From NCBI GenBank assembly GCA_020137815.1, contig CM035360.1, forward strand, positions 1,054,001 to 1,118,000: a stretch of DNA of 64,000 bases, written 5' to 3'. The stretch's first letter is position 1. Each line of letters starts with the position of its first letter. Of the stretch, positions 48,434-63,178 are shown in pieces. The notes beneath the pieces are model-generated. The model had not been told where the DNA came from and did no database searches. It saw nothing but the letters and a program-made list of their open reading frames with translations. This stretch comes from Hormiphora californensis. Taxonomy: Eukaryota; Animalia; Ctenophora. A program made the translations under genes and the position numbers.

Positions 48434-51400
48434 CACCCCGTGCCTGAACAAAGTTTAACCTCGGATGAAAAATGTACACTAAGCGGACTTCACTAGGGTC
48501 TTCAGATAGGTATTTGGAGTGGAAAAATGTAAAAAAACACCCCAATTTTATGAAAAGTTTTTTCTCTACATGGATTTTAAAATGGGTCGTTTTGACTGTC
48601 AAAACGGCTTGAAAACCATGCTGTCTGCAGATTTATAGTCCTTTTCCGGTAAAAAGGTTGTACCTGACCGTTTTTTGCACGTAGAATCGATTGCCGGTGA
48701 AGAGAAATCTCTAAAACGACTGGAAAATGGTCAAAATTTGATTTTTTGACGTTTTTTGAGGGTTTTTCGCCCCTAACCCCATCATGAAATCAAGATAGAA
48801 AATTTTCATTAGTGTCAAACGTTAAAATGGACATTTTTCTACCGGATCCCAAAGTTTCAGATAAATCCAATAACAGGGTAAAATTTGGCTAGTTATTGAA
48901 AGTGGCTAGATGAGAGAAAGTGAACTTGAACTTAATTTTTTCACAATTTTGGCCATTTTGACCAACTTCTGATTGAAATGGCCAATCAGGACCATGCTCA
49001 CGCTAAAGAATAGTCCTTCGAAATCGTGCATGACGTATTGAAAAATAGATGGGAAAGCTAATTCCTTCACCAAAGTGTCCCAATAGGTCCCCTGAACCAC
49101 CAAAAAAGAGTTTACCACTCTACTCCATGGGGGGAGGTGTCATAATTGGGCTTAATTGATCCTAACAGGGTATATCGGTAAAACAGCTTGGACACATGCT
49201 AGAAACCTAAAAGTGGTCTCAAAATGCTCGTGATAAGTCAAGGAGTTCATTCAATTTTTTCAATTTCCAGTTCCATCCTAATTGGTAATTGGGCTTATTG
49301 GTCCCTAACAGGGCAATCGTGTAACGACTTAGCGACGTGATAGAACTTCGGATGGTTTAGCGGGGCAAAATGTTCAGTAAGTTATTGAGATTTTCTGAGT
49401 GTTTTCTAATGTACTCAAATGCCATGAAAGTAACGTAATTAGTCTTAATTGGTTGGCTCTAATTGTTTCAAAATCATTTCCAAGCATATACAAGTGAGGG
49501 CTCAATCCTGGTAAAAACAGCTCTGTTATGACGTTCTAACATGTTTTTAAAAGGTGTTTAGATGAACAGTTGACTATATAGCTACACGTAACTAGTTAAT
49601 AAACTTATATTAAAACAACTCAACAGCCCTGCCAGATGCCCCTAAACCCTACTATAAACCCCCCCTCAGAGCAACTATCTACCCCTCAAACCCCCATAGA
49701 TGCCCATCGGAACCTTACAAAGAGGCCCTCAGACTTTACTATGTTCCCTCAGACCCTGAAAAAATGTCCCTCAGGCCATCGCTAGACACCTTTTGATCCC
49801 TCAGGGCATACTAGAGATAGCTCTTAGACCCCCTTAGTGCATCCTTAACCGTTTAGAGTACCTCAGGCCCTATATTAGATGGCAGATGCCTCAGACCGTA
49901 CTAGATGCAGTATCTAGTACAAAGGGACATTTTGCAGTATCAACGAGCTGCGAGCATCCTAGTAGGTTCCGAGGGGATCTAATGGGGTTTGAGGGTGGCT
50001 AGTATGCCTGAGGGGTATCTAGTAGGGTCTTAGGGGTATTTTGCAGTGTTTTGAAGGATATTAAATAGGTCTGAGGGGCATCTAGTAGGGTCTTGGGGGT
50101 ATCTAGCTAGATCTCTACTAGATCTAGTAGGGCTGAGGGGTGTCTAGTAGGGTCTGGGGGGCATCTCAGGGCATCTAGATAGCCCTTAGACCCCCTTAAT
50201 GCCCCTTAATCCTACAAGATGCTACTCAGACCCCGCTTGATATGCCCTAAGAGGCCCCTCCTAAATACCTCTCAAGCCTACTAGATCTACCCCCTCAGTT
50301 CTCCATTATATGTCATTTCAAGAACCTGATCAGACCTATAAAATACCACCTCAGGCCTCCATTATAATTATGCCCCTTCGACCCTAAAAGATAGCCCCTC
50401 AGACCTTTTTAGATCATCCGTCAAACACTGGAATGATGCCCCTAATACCCTACTAACACCCTCAGAACCCTACGTTGATCTAGTAGTAGATCTAGGCTTA
50501 CATGCCCCATACACCCTACTAGATGCCCCTCAGACCCTACTAGCATCTAGTATAGTCTAGCTAGTATGCCCCAGACCCTACTAGATGCCCCTCTGCCCTA
50601 ACCTAGTATCTAGTAGTTAGATCTAGCTGATACCCTAACCCTACTAGACCCCCTCAGACCCTACTAGCAAATCAAAGTAGTAGATCTAGCTAGATGCCCC
50701 CAGACCCTACTAGATGGCCGCCACCCAGACCCTACTAGAACACCCCTCAGATCCCTACTTGATCTAGTAGATAGATCTAGCTAGATACCCCCAGACCCTA
50801 CTAGACACCCCGCAACCCTACACATCTAGTAGTAGATCTAGCTAGATGCACCCCAAACCCTACTATACAACCCTCTCAGACCCTCTTGATCTAGTAGTAT
50901 CAGTAGATCTCGCTAGATAACCCCCCAGACCCTACGAACCCCCTCATACCCTACTAGATCTAGTAGTACGATCTGCTAGATCCACCCCAGACCCTACTAG
51001 AATCCCCTCAGAACCTACTAACTATGCTCGTTAGATACTGCAAAATGTCTCTTAGATACTGCTCTAGTACTGGTCTGAGGGCATCTGGCCATCTAATATA
51101 GGCCTGAGGGTATCTAACACGGTCAAGGAGGCATCTAAAGGGGTGTCTAATGAGCTATCTAGATATGTCCCTGAGGGCATAAAAAAGGTGTCTAGCAGGG
51201 CCTGAAGGGACCATTTTTCAGTTTTCTGAGGGATACATATACAGGTCTGAGGGCCCTCTTGTAAGGTCCGGGGAATCTATGGGTTCTGAGGGGTAGCTAG
51301 TTATCTCTGAGGGGGTTTCTCAGTGAGGTCTTGTGGGCAGGTCTGGCAGGGCTGTGGTTGTTTATACTAATTTAATTAATATTACGTACTATATAGTCAA

Positions 51401-53223
51401 CTGTTCACTAAACCCTTTAAAAACATTTTAGAACGTCTAACAGAGCTGTTTTTTACCAGGATTTGAGCCCTCACTTGTATATGCGTGGAAATGATTTTGA
51501 ACAATTAGAGCCAACCAATTAAGACTAAGTACGTTACTTTCATGGCATTTGAGTACAATTAAAACCACTCAGAAATATCTTAAATCAATACTTACTGAAC
51601 ATTTGCAACCATCCCGAAGTTCTATCCCGTCGCAATCAGTTACACATGCCCTGTTAGGGACCATTAACGTCCCATTACCGGGAATTGGGTAACTGGAAAA
51701 CATTTGAAATTGAATGAATCCTTGACTTATCACGACATTTTGAGACCTTTTAGGTTTCTACATGTGTCCCAGATCTTTTTTACCGATATACACCAGGCCC
51801 TGGGGGGTTAGGATCACTTAAGCCCAATTATGACACCATCCCCCCATGAGTAGAGTTTGGTAACTTCTTTTTTGGTGTGTCAGGGGACCATTGGGACACT
51901 TTGTTGAAGGAATATCCTTTCCCATCTATTTTTCAATTTTTGTCCTTTTCTGCACGCTTTTGAAGGGTTAGAAGGGACCTTTTCCTACTAAAATACAATT
52001 TTTCATGCCGATACGACGACCAGGTCATGATCTGTAGCAAAATTGTAAAAAGCGAGCTAACTAGGCTATATTTCTAACTGCAAAAAATGTCAATTTTTCT
52101 TATTTTTCGGGTCGATTGGTAGTCAAAAAGGGTACCCCGACCTATTTTGCCCGAGAATTGATTCCGATTGGAGTTTGGACCTCTAGAATCGTCAGGAAGA
52201 TTGAAGAAACGAATATTTCAGTTTTTTTCGGGTAAACTAGCCAGAACATGAGTAAAAAACCAAAAAATGAAATTGACCCATTTTCCTCCTCGTAGATTAA
52301 GAGCTCCAATTCTCATTTATACCGATGTTTACGTGAAAAATTGGCTGGGAACCCTTTTGGATTGCCGATTGACCGAAATTACCATTTTCGGCCTCTTTAC
52401 CCGAAAACTGACATATTCGTTTCTTCAATTTTCCGACGATCTGAGAGGTCCAACTCCCATCGGAACTCAATTCCTACGGGCAAAAATAGGTCTGGTACCC
52501 TTTTTTTACTACCAATCGACCCGAAAATAAAAAAATTGACCTTTTTTTACAGTAGAAATAGCCTAGTTAGCTCGCTTAATTTGCCTACAGATCCATGACC
52601 TTTCGTCGTATCGGCCATGAAAAATTTGATGTTTTAGTAGGAAATTGGTCCCTTCTTTAGCGTGAGCATGGTCCTGATTGGCCATTTCACTCGAAGTTGG
52701 TCAAAATGCCAAATGTGAAAAAATAAGTTCAAGTTCACTTTCTCTCATCTAGCCACTTGCATAAACTAGCCAATTTTACCCTGTATTGGATTTATCTGAA
52801 ACTTTGGGATCCGTAGAAAATGTCTCATTTTAACGTTGACACTATGAAAATTTTTCTTCTGATGTCCTGATGGGTTTAGGGGGCGAAAAACCTCAAAAAC
52901 GTCAAAAATCAAATTTTGACCATGATTTCAGTCGTTAAACTTAAAGAGATTTCTCTTCACCGGCAATCGATTCTACGTGCAAAAAACGGTCAGGTACAAC
53001 CTTTTTACCGGAAAAGGACTATAAATCTGCAGACAGCATGGTTTTCAAGCCGTTTTGACAGTCAAAACGACCCATTTTAAAATCCATGTAGAGAAAAAAC
53101 TTTTCATAAAATTGGGGTGTTTTTTTACATTTTTCCACTCCAAATACCTATCTGAAGACCCTAGTGAAGTCCGCTTAGTGTACATTTTTCATCCGAGGTT
53201 AAACTTTGTTCAGGCACGGGGTG
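48434..53223. mobile_element. Foldback element with CAC...GTG ends and AGAG flanks (Chapaev/CMC-like), ~850-bp arms
   Basis: CACCCCGTGCCTGAACAAAG / CTTTGTTCAGGCACGGGGTG. The left arm is split at 49010/51971 by an insertion. Confidence 0.75.
49011..51970. mobile_element. Academ-like foldback element, copy 1 (3-bp TSD GAA)
   Basis: Same element as 55261-58194. The empty site GCTAAAGAAGGGACC is readable in the host's opposite arm. Confidence 0.8.
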
Positions 53224-54049
53224 AGAGGGATGGAGAGAAAGAGAAAAGAAAAACGAGAGATGTGTATTGAAAAATAAACGAGATATGCCATTATTTATGA
53301 CAGTAGCCTAAAGGTTTTACCCCCGTGACACCAAATGGGCCCGGGCATCCAAACTAATTTATTTAATTGGTTTTTGGACTAAATTGAGTAACACACTTTT
53401 TCACAATCCAGACCCCTACGGATCAGTGTTTGGTGTCGTGTTGAGTGACAACTATCTCTGAGATAGTTTTGTGTGTCCTAAATCCTCGAATTATGTCAGG
53501 GGGCAACACACAGGGGGCAACACACAGGGGACCCGGTATTACATGTCCGGGTATTGAAATGATAGCAGCAGGAGACTCGCTGATAAATCAGGTTACACAA
53601 TCACTATATACACATTAAATTGGTCATTAGGACTATAAAAGTAATAAGTTAGATTATAAGGTTAAAATCATTGTCATAAGAATTAAATCGGGTAAAACAG
53701 TTTCCTCTGTACCCCCTTATTGATATTAGTATAGTCTTCAGCAGACAAAATGAAAGGCGGAGCCGAATATAGCGGATGGAGACTCGCTGATTGAATTTAG
53801 ACTATTATCTAACCCCTCCTCTCTCTCTATCGCACACACACACGACCCCCCCCCCCTCTCTAGCTCTCACACTCACCCGACCATGCTCTCTCATGTCCCT
53901 TGTGTTACTTTTCTCTGCCCCGCCGAGGGCCCTCCCCTCCCAAAATGACCGTTGCATAATGCGTGTGTTTATCACGCGAGAATATGAGAGAGAAAGATAG
54001 AGAAAGAGATAGAGATAGAGAGAGGGAGAAAGAGAGAGATAGAGAGAGG

Positions 54050-54125
<76 letters not shown>

Positions 54126-55260
54126 TAGAGAGAAGACGACTGCTGCCGAGAGTGTGTCATGTTTACTTAACCTAGATTTAGTGTGCAACTCTATAGCCCG
54201 CAGCTTATGGCCACGGCTCGAGTTGTTTGCAAAGTTTTGCCCCCTCTTTTTTATCCAACCATTTGATTGTGACTGGTACCAGTACATCTCGGCCCCTTGT
54301 TCGTTGGCGAAAAGTAGGAAAGAATCATCTCTGTTCTATTCCCTTGATTGATGATTATATTTTGTTGGGACCATATCTCTAATTCTCGTTTAATATATAA
54401 GGGGATAAATCTGTGCATTATGATTATGCAATGAATTGCGCAATGGTTATTTTAGGATGTGAGAAATGACTGAATCAGGATACTATAATATTATTTATAT
54501 TATGTAGAATAGGGCTTGTTATGCTCATCCTTTTGCTGCAGTAGTTTATTGCGTGATCTAACTCTTTGCTTTGACATACCCGTTTATTATTGTTTGCAGC
54601 AGACCTCTATATTTTGCATACCCAGGATACAGGTATCATATAATAGGTGGACATGGTCAGATAGAGACGGCCGGGAAACCTTGTTGACACTGCACACAGC
54701 CTCTACTTTCTTTCACCAAACTCTCTTGTTTACTGTTTTGCAAATGTAATCCAGCTCGGCCATATATTTCCTAATGCGATTTAATGTGGTAGACTCTGAC
54801 TAGTCTGACTACTATAGCACTTCTCTCTCACTCTCTCTCTCTCTCTCTCTTAGTCTTTCTCTACTTGGATTTTATTTTTCTTCCCGTTTATGCAGCTGTA
54901 TTTTAGACTGGTTAAAAAGTTTTTGACTCTAGAGTCTAGACATCAGTCGTTGGTTTTTAGCTTCCTTATAGTCGTTGTACGACGAAAATCTCTGCTGGTA
55001 ACTGCTTCCATTTTATGCTAGTTCGATTCTTGACCTTGTTCCACTTTATAATGCGACGATGCTAGTTTAATCCATTCATTTTATGCGACGATGCTCTCTC
55101 TCTCTCTCTCTCTCTCCATCTCGAGTCTCGAACGAATGACGTTGCTGGTGATGACGTCACATGGAGAATGTCACATTGTCATTCAATTGCCCATTTGATT
55201 GGGTGAGATCGAAACATACTGCAATAAATGAGTGCAATAACCAAGAAGTATGTGCAGAGG

Positions 55261-58194
55261 TAGTCCTTCGAAATCGTGCATGACGTATTGAAAAATAGAT
55301 GGGAAAGCTAATTCCTTCACCAAAGTGTCCCAATAGGTCCCCTGAACCACCAAAAAAGAGTTTACCACTCTACTCCATGGGGGGAGGTGTCATAATTGGG
55401 CTTAATTGATCCTAACAGGGTATATCGGTAAAACAGCTTGGACACATGCTAGAAACCTAAAAGTGGTCTCAAAATGCTCGTGATAAGTCAAGGAGTTCAT
55501 TCAATTTTTTTCAAATTTTTCCAGTTACCCAATTCCCGGTAATTGGGCTTAATTGGTCCCTAACAGGGCATCGTGTAACTTGACTTAGCGACGTGATAGA
55601 AACTTCGGGATGGTTGCAAAATGTTCAGTAAGTTATTGAGATATTTTCTGAGTGTTTTCTAATGTACTCAAATGCCATGAAAGTAACGTAATTAGTCTTA
55701 ATTGGTTGGCTCTAATTGTTCAAATCATTTTCCAGCATATACAAGTGAGGGCTCAAATCCTGGTAAAAACAGCTCTGTTATGACGTTCTAACATGTTTTA
55801 AAGGTGTTTAGATGAACAGTTGACTATATAGCTACCGTAACTATTTAATAAACTTAGTATAAACAACTCAACAGCCCTGCCAGATGCCCCTAAGACCCTA
55901 CTAGAAACCCCCTCAGAGCATACTAGCTACCCCTCAGACCCCATTAGATGCCCATCGGACCTTACAAGAAGGCCCTCAGACTTTACTATGTATCCCTCAG
56001 ACACTGAAAAATGTCCCTCAGGCCATGCTAGACACCTTTTTGATGCCCTCAGGGCATACTAGATAGCTCTTAGACCCCCTTAGATGCTCCTTAGACCGTG
56101 TTAGATACCCTCAGGCCCTATATTAGATGGCAGATGCCCTCAGACCGTACTAGATGCAGTATCTAGTACAAGGGACATTTTGCAGTATCCAACGAGCTGC
56201 GAGCATCTAGTAGGTTCCGAGGGGTATCTAATGGGGTTTGAGGGGTGGCTAGTATGCTCTGAGGGGTATCTAGTAGGGTCTTAGGGGTATTTTGCAGTGT
56301 TTGAAGGATATTAAAATAGGTCTGAGGGGCATCTAGTAGGGTCTGGGGGTATCTAGCTAGATCTACTACTAGATCTAGTAGGGTCTGAGGGGTGTCTAGT
56401 AGGGTCTGGGGGCATCTCAGGGCATACTAGATAGCCCTTAGACCCCCTTAGATGCCCCTTAGATCCTACAAGATGCTACTCAGACCCCGCTTGATGCGCC
56501 TAAGACCCCTCTAAATACCTCTCAGAGCCTACTAGATATACCCCTCAGGCTCCATTATATGTTCAACTGTTCATCAGAGCCTACTAGATATACCCCTCAG
56601 GCTCCATTATAATATATGCCCTTCAGACCCTAAAAGATGCCCCTCAGACCTTTTTAGATATCCTTCAAACACTGGAAGATGCCCCTAATACCCTACTAGA
56701 CACCCCTCAGACCCTACTTGATCTAGTAGTAGATCTAGCTAAATGCCCCCAGACCCTACTAGATGCCCCTCAGACCCTACTAGATCTAGTAGTAGATCTA
56801 GCTAGATGCCCCCAGACCCTACTAGATGCCCCTCAGACCCTACTAGATCTAGTAGTAGATCTAGCTAGATACCCCTAGACCCTACTAGACACCCCTCAGA
56901 CCCTACTAGATCAAGTAGTAGATCTAGCTAGATGCCCCCAGACCCTACTAGATGCCCCCAGACCCTACTAGACACCCCTCAGACCCTACTTGATCTAGTA
57001 GTAGATCTAGCTAGATACCCCCAGACCCTACTAGACACCCCTCAGACCCTACTAGATCTAGTAGTAGATCTAGCTAGATGCCCCCAAACCCTACTAGACA
57101 CCCCTCAGACCCTACTTGATCTAGTAGTAGTCAGTAGATCTAGCTAGATACCCCCAGACCCTACTAGACACCCCTCAGACCCTACTAGATCTAGTAGTAG
57201 ATCTAGCTAGATACCCCCAGACCCTACTAGATGCCCCTCAGAACCTACTAGATGCTCGTTAGATACTGCAAAATGTCTCTTAGATACTGCATCTAGTACG
57301 GTCTGAGGGCATCTGCCATCTAATATAGGGCCTGAGGGTATCTAACACGGTCTAAGGAGCATCTAAGGGGGTCTAAGAGCTATCTAGTATGCCCTGAGGG
57401 CATAAAAAAGGTGTCTAGCAGGGCCTGAGGGACATTTTTCAGTTTCTGAGGGATACATAGTAAAGTCTGAGGGCCTTCTTGTAAGGTCCGATGGGAATCT
57501 AATGGGGTCTGAGGGGTAGCTAGTATGCTCTGAGGGGGTTTCTAGTAGGGTCTTAGGGGCATCTGGCAGGGCTGTTGAGTTGTTTATACTAAGTTTATTA
57601 AATAGTTACGGTAGCTATATAGTCAACTGTTCATCTAAACGCCTTTAAAACATGTTAGAACGTCATAACAGAGCTGTTTTTACCAGGATTTGAGCCCTCA
57701 CTTGTATATGCTGGAAAATGATTTGAACAATTAGAGCCAACCAATTAAGACTAATTACGTTACTTTCATGGCATTTGAGTACATTAGAAAACACTCAGAA
57801 AATATCTCAATAACTTACTGAACATTTTGCAACCATCCCGAAGTTTCTATCACGTCGCTAAGTCAAGTTACACGATGCCCTGTTAGGGACCAATTAAGCC
57901 CAATTACCGGGAATTGGGTAACTGGAAAAATTTGAAAAAAATTGAATGAACTCCTTGACTTATCACGAGCATTTTGAGACCACTTTTAGGTTTCTAGCAT
58001 GTGTCCAAGCTGTTTTACCGATATACCCTGTTAGGATCAATTAAGCCCAATTATGACACCTCCCCCCATGGAGTAGAGTGGTAAACTCTTTTTTGGTGGT
58101 TCAGGGGACCTATTGGGACACTTTGGTGAAGGAATTAGCTTTCCCATCTATTTTTCAATATTTTGTCTATTTCGTGCACGATTTTGAAGGGTTA
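55261..58194. mobile_element. Academ-like foldback element, copy 2 (~2.9 kb, ~960-bp arms, central CTAG-rich minisatellite, 3-bp TSD AGG)
   Basis: TAGTCCTTCGAAATCGTGCA...TGCACGATTTTGAAGGGTTA with AGG on both sides. Central repeats CCCCTCAGACCCTACTAGATCTAGTAGTAGATCTAGCTAGA. Confidence 0.85.
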
Positions 58195-60719
58195 AGGGTG
58201 ATGGGTGAAGGTGGTTACTGTGAAAGAATGGCAAGTTATTGCTACTTCTGCATTCTTCTTCTTCTTCTTGGAGGCCCGAGGCCGTCTCTGGTCTCTTCTT
58301 GCGTCAAGATGAAGGGTTGGATCCAACTTCTGCAGTACCCCATCATCTCTCACAGCTTCCCCCTTTTTATTTCAGTTTTGGCGCTCGACATCCTTCGTGC
58401 CAATGTCCGTGGACCATGGATCGTGGTGCTATTATTATGCTACTTTTTGTGCACAATTGTGTCTCACAAGCTGACTCTCTCTCAACCATGACTTTCTCTC
58501 CGCCTCTCACCTTCTTTTCCTCTCCCTCCATGATCGATAACAATTTGATTGTACCATCACACCTTTAATATAATGTCGCGATCACTACTCTCCCATCGTG
58601 CGGCGTGGTCAACTCTATTATAACATATTGTGTGCGATAGTGTGCTATATTCGTACGTCTCGTGACAATGAGAGTGAGATAGTGAGACTGAGACTTGAGA
58701 GAGTGAGAGAGTGATAGTGAGAAAGAGAGATAAGGGCAATTAGATTGAGATACAGTGCCAATTTAAGAAAGCTCAATTGTGGTTTTTGCGGTCAATTTTA
58801 ATAGAAGATTAATGAACTAGCCAGTTTTGATTAACGTTATTAAAGCTACTGACCTTCAATTGTATTCTAATTATCTAGGTATCTACTTTAGAACTTATAA
58901 ACTCACTTAATGCGATTGTGTTTGAGATATGCAACTTGATTCATAATATCGGTTTGTGCAAATCAAATAGTATATTTTTAGCACAATCTAAGGGGAGTGG
59001 CTTTTATCGATCGCTGTATTTCACTAATAGCTAAATTATTGAAAAAGTGTTTCGTCATTCGATTCGAGAGAAACTTTACCACTCAAAGTGCTTTACTATC
59101 GACTCAAATATCCGATATATCACATACTCCTTGACTGTATCTTCTCGTAAGTTGTACAGCCCTCGGTACGAAGTAGGGTATCAGTCTTTAGTGAGTCAAA
59201 TCCGATATAATAGTGTAGGCCGGGAGTGGGCTGGGGCAGCAGCAGAGAAAAGAAAGAAGCCAGCGACAGCAGAAAGTTGGGTAAGGGTTGTTATGTCTGT
59301 GTCTCAGCAGAAAGTGTACAACTAACGATTCCGTTCCAACGCAAACACCCCCACACATAAAAGGGAAAAGCGAGAGAGGGAGAGAGTAGAGCGAGCGAGA
59401 GCGTAGAGAGAGAGAGAGAGAGAGCGAGAGAGAAGAGAGGAGCAGAGAGAGAAGATAACGGGGCGAGAGGAAGAGAGAATCTCTAGCCTAGCTAAGCTCT
59501 CCTCGATAGTCTATCTAGCGGCTATCTCTCTCTCTATCTCTCTCTCAGTTCAGATCTTCAGGTAAGATCACATTAGGGAGGGCGGGGCTTTGGGGCGGTA
59601 GAGGGATGTCAGAGAACAGGGGAGAGAAGTAGAAGAGGGCTGAGGTGGAGAGGGGGGCGGGGAGAAGGGAAAAAAGGGGGTAACGGAATCATAAAACAAG
59701 GCTTATGTAACCCCCTGAGAGGTGTTCGAGCAGTGATCAATTCGCCTCCTGCGTTCCCGAATGAGCGTCCACTCGTAGTCTTCCCTTTAGCGCGCTCTTC
59801 TTACATTTTTCTGTCCTAGTGCCGTGGACCGTGGGCGCTAATGTCTACGGTTCCGTCTCGTGTATGTTGAGGCCCAGCGTTTTTGTTTTAGCTTATGAGT
59901 TTTATTGGAGCCCCGCCCCCGAGGATAAGCGTTCAAAAGGCGCACGCGCCGTCTCTTCAGTCTAAAGCGGCAGTAATGCGTCGTTGGCGAATCGCTGATT
60001 ACTCGCGCTGGCCTTGGATGCTTGCTAGTTGTGGCACGGTGTGTCCCTGCTCGTCCTTTTCCTGTACGGGTCCCTCCATGGGGGTTCTTTTTTGGCGCTA
60101 GTCGGTCACCCGTGTTTCAGAGTCATACGGCGAATTTGGCTTAAAGCAACTTGGGTTTCCCGCCGTGGGTCTTGGCCTAGCGTCTTCGTCGGCGGACGGT
60201 GTCTTTTGCAGATCGGCAGGGTTTGTCGTTAGCTAGTGCTGTGCTAAAAAAGGGTCCGGGGGGAGTATTGGTGATTGGGGCGCTTCGATCGAAAGGACAA
60301 TAGTCCGAAGGTAAACCAGGGGGAGGACGAAAAGGAGTGGAGAACTTCTCTACCCTTCTGTTATTCACATTCTTCTTCCTCCTTTACTTTTCTCCTTTCC
60401 TCTCTTTTCTCACTGCCCCCCGATTCTCGGAGGCTTGCCCCCCCGAGCTGGCCAGCACACGGTGAGAATGAGAGACACTAGGAAGAATTAGGTGTGGTCT
60501 TTCTCTTTTTTTGGTCCCAAGTTACCCGTTTATAACCGTTTCTCACTACCTGAGAGGAGTGGCTGGCTATTGCATTTGCACCGTTATGAGTAGGTAAGTG
60601 GAAGGCATGATTTGCGATATTAACTCCGAGATTTAGGCGGTAGACAGTGGTAGACAGTGTATACGAAGAAAGAGGAGGGGGGAGGAGGATTGAAAAACGT
60701 GGACTAGTTGCATATGTGA

Positions 60720-61480
60720 ACTACCACCAAAGGAGCAATACTCCGTTTTAGCTCCCTGTCCTGCAGAGAAGCATCAAAGTTACATGAGGAGGAACTAGCT
60801 GAGGCCCACCGAAGGTGATTGATTCTTCAGGATCAAGTCATCAAGTTGAAGGACGGATTAAGAAATGTTGAGACCGCAAGTACAAAACTGTTCAAGTGTG
60901 ACTTGAAGAGACTACTCAGCTATGTGACTCAGAACTGTGCAGCGGCGCTTGCTCCTAATAGAATCCAGCAGGCTGTCACCAAAGCATCTGTTGTGAAGTC
61001 TGATGAAGAGGACCGTTCCAGAAACCTGATTGTATTTGGCCTGCGGACGGAGGGAACCTGGCTGGAGTTACAGTTGACACTTCTGTCGCGACTCTGTTGG
61101 AGGAGGAAATGGACGAGAAGCCAATGTGACCGGTTGTTGTGTGAGAGGTGGTTGGTACGGCAGCTTGAGGGGTACGGTTGAGACCTGTGAAGGTGGATTT
61201 GGAGAAAGTCTTTCTAGAGAGACAGTGTTCCATGTTTGTTGAATGACCTAAGGAAGAGGGTGCCGGCGGTTGGATGCAGCTCCCCGTGGAGACACAGGTG
61301 GCGGGAAATAGAAGAGAATGATAGGAGAGACGTGGAGAAGGACGTAGTAGGAGGGGGGGGGAACGAGTGCGGAAGTAGAGACCCGAGAAAAGTGAGAGAG
61401 ATCTCGAGGAGGGGGAGAAGGAAAAGAGCGGCCGTGAAAAGACTCTCTTAGTGAGTTGTGAGACTGGCGCATCCGAGAGA
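60720..61480 (+). mobile_element. Degenerate CR1/L2-type ORF1 remnant
   Basis: Coiled-coil region, then EEDRSRNLIVFGL and, in another frame, RPVKV, typical of LINE ORF1. Multiple frameshifts. Confidence 0.5.
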
Positions 61481-61977
61481 AAGTTTGTTTTAAGGAAAGG
61501 ATGTGATTTTGAAAGCATCTGAACTCATTTTTAAATTTTGCCCCACAAGCTTGTGGAGATCTTTTCACCTGTTTTAAACTGTTTTTACGATCATGATTTT
61601 GACTCTCTTTCGGCACGGGGCGGGGGACCAAGTTTGTTTACTTTATTTGATTGCAAGGGAGGTTAGGTCCAACATCAGGTTGCAAAACAACAACCAAAAC
61701 AAAAAAACAAAGAGAGCGAGAGCAGAGAAATAGAAGGAAGAAAGAGATGAAGAAGAACTGACTATGATTACACAGAATTTCTACCTCGTACATTGACGTA
61801 AAAGGAGAATAGAATAAAAAGAGCACATCAGAGAGAGCAAGAGATTAGAGCATGGCAAAGGCAAGCAGAAACGATAACCGAAGTATGACCCTAGAAGCAA
61901 GAAGAGGAAAGAGGAGGTAAGGATGAACTGAGAAAAGAGGAGAGACGCAGAGAAGAGAGAGAGAGAAGAGAGAGAGA

Positions 61978-62054
<77 letters not shown>

Positions 62055-62084
62055 GAGAGAGATGAGAGAGAGAGAGAGGAGAGA

Positions 62085-62238
<154 letters not shown>

Positions 62239-62765
62239 TCTAACTTCATCACTATCTCTCCCTCCCTTGCACCCAATTTGCAGCTGGCTTGCTGTACGGC
62301 AGTACGCCATATACCAGTATTATAATACTGTATGTTTGTTTGCGTGACCCAACCCTTTCTGATGGCCTACTGCTAACTGCACTGCTAACTGCTGCTGCCT
62401 GCTGTTGATTGCAATCGATTGTCGATCTAGCTTTGGCCTACTATGGCGATCATATATCTAAAACAGCTGTTGTAGACAGTCCATATGTTTAGTTTGTCAT
62501 GTACCAAAGCAAATTTAATCCTCAATATCTGAATTTTTTTAAGATACCCTTTAGCCTCCCAGCCAAGCCACCATGTCCCTGCAACCTCGCTAAAGAAGAC
62601 CGCCCCTGATTAATTAGAATTAGATGTACTTATTTTCTGTGTAAAATTAGCTCAAAAGTAGATCATAGCCTTGCAGTTTGAACCATCTTGATAACTAAGT
62701 CGCCGAATATGTTCCCAATTCTAGATCCAATACAATTGACCACTAACATTAACCCTCCCTCATAG

Positions 62766-63178
62766 CTCACAATGTTCTAACTCTGATGTAGATCTCATCC
62801 TGCAACAACATGGTTTTTACTCGGCCATATGTCACTCCATCAACCCCCACGGGGGGAGGAGGGGCCACTGGCGGCACCCAGATTGTCCGAAGAATCATCC
62901 CCAAAAACGACAACATGTCCCTATTCGGTGAAGACGAGGAATACTCCCTCTCCGACTCGGGGGGAGCCGATCCACCACCGCCTTCCTCTGTCTTTGACAC
63001 GCCCATCCCCGCGAAACGACCGATAAAACAGACCAGTTATGTTTTTGAGAAAGAGTTAAGGGAGGATTTCGCTAACCCGTACTGTAACGACAGTAGTAGT
63101 GAGGAGGATGATGAGGAGAGGGGCATCATGTTGGGAGAGATGGGCGTGTCCGAGGAGAGTCTAACCAGTCATCGCACG
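62766..63178 (+). CDS. Probable exon of an unidentified gene (low-complexity, acidic), possibly continuing at ~63931-63982
   Basis: Acceptor CCCTCCCTCATAG before 62766, a 125-codon open frame, and a GTTAGT donor near 63179. No recognisable domain. Confidence 0.4.

Larger units (their letters stand above)
48170..53381. mobile_element. Outer TIR element (~90-bp TIR, TAG...CTA ends, AATT flanks) of a triple nest
   Basis: TAGTCCAAAAACCAATTAAAT...GCTACTGTCATAAAT is inverted at ~53293-53381. Confidence 0.75.

Noticed and set aside
49250-52940. Apparent rapid divergence of Academ-like copy 1 from copy 2
   Set aside because: The dense 1-nt indels start and stop abruptly and cross element boundaries, while the flanking parts match perfectly. 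This looks like uncorrected long-read sequence rather than biology.
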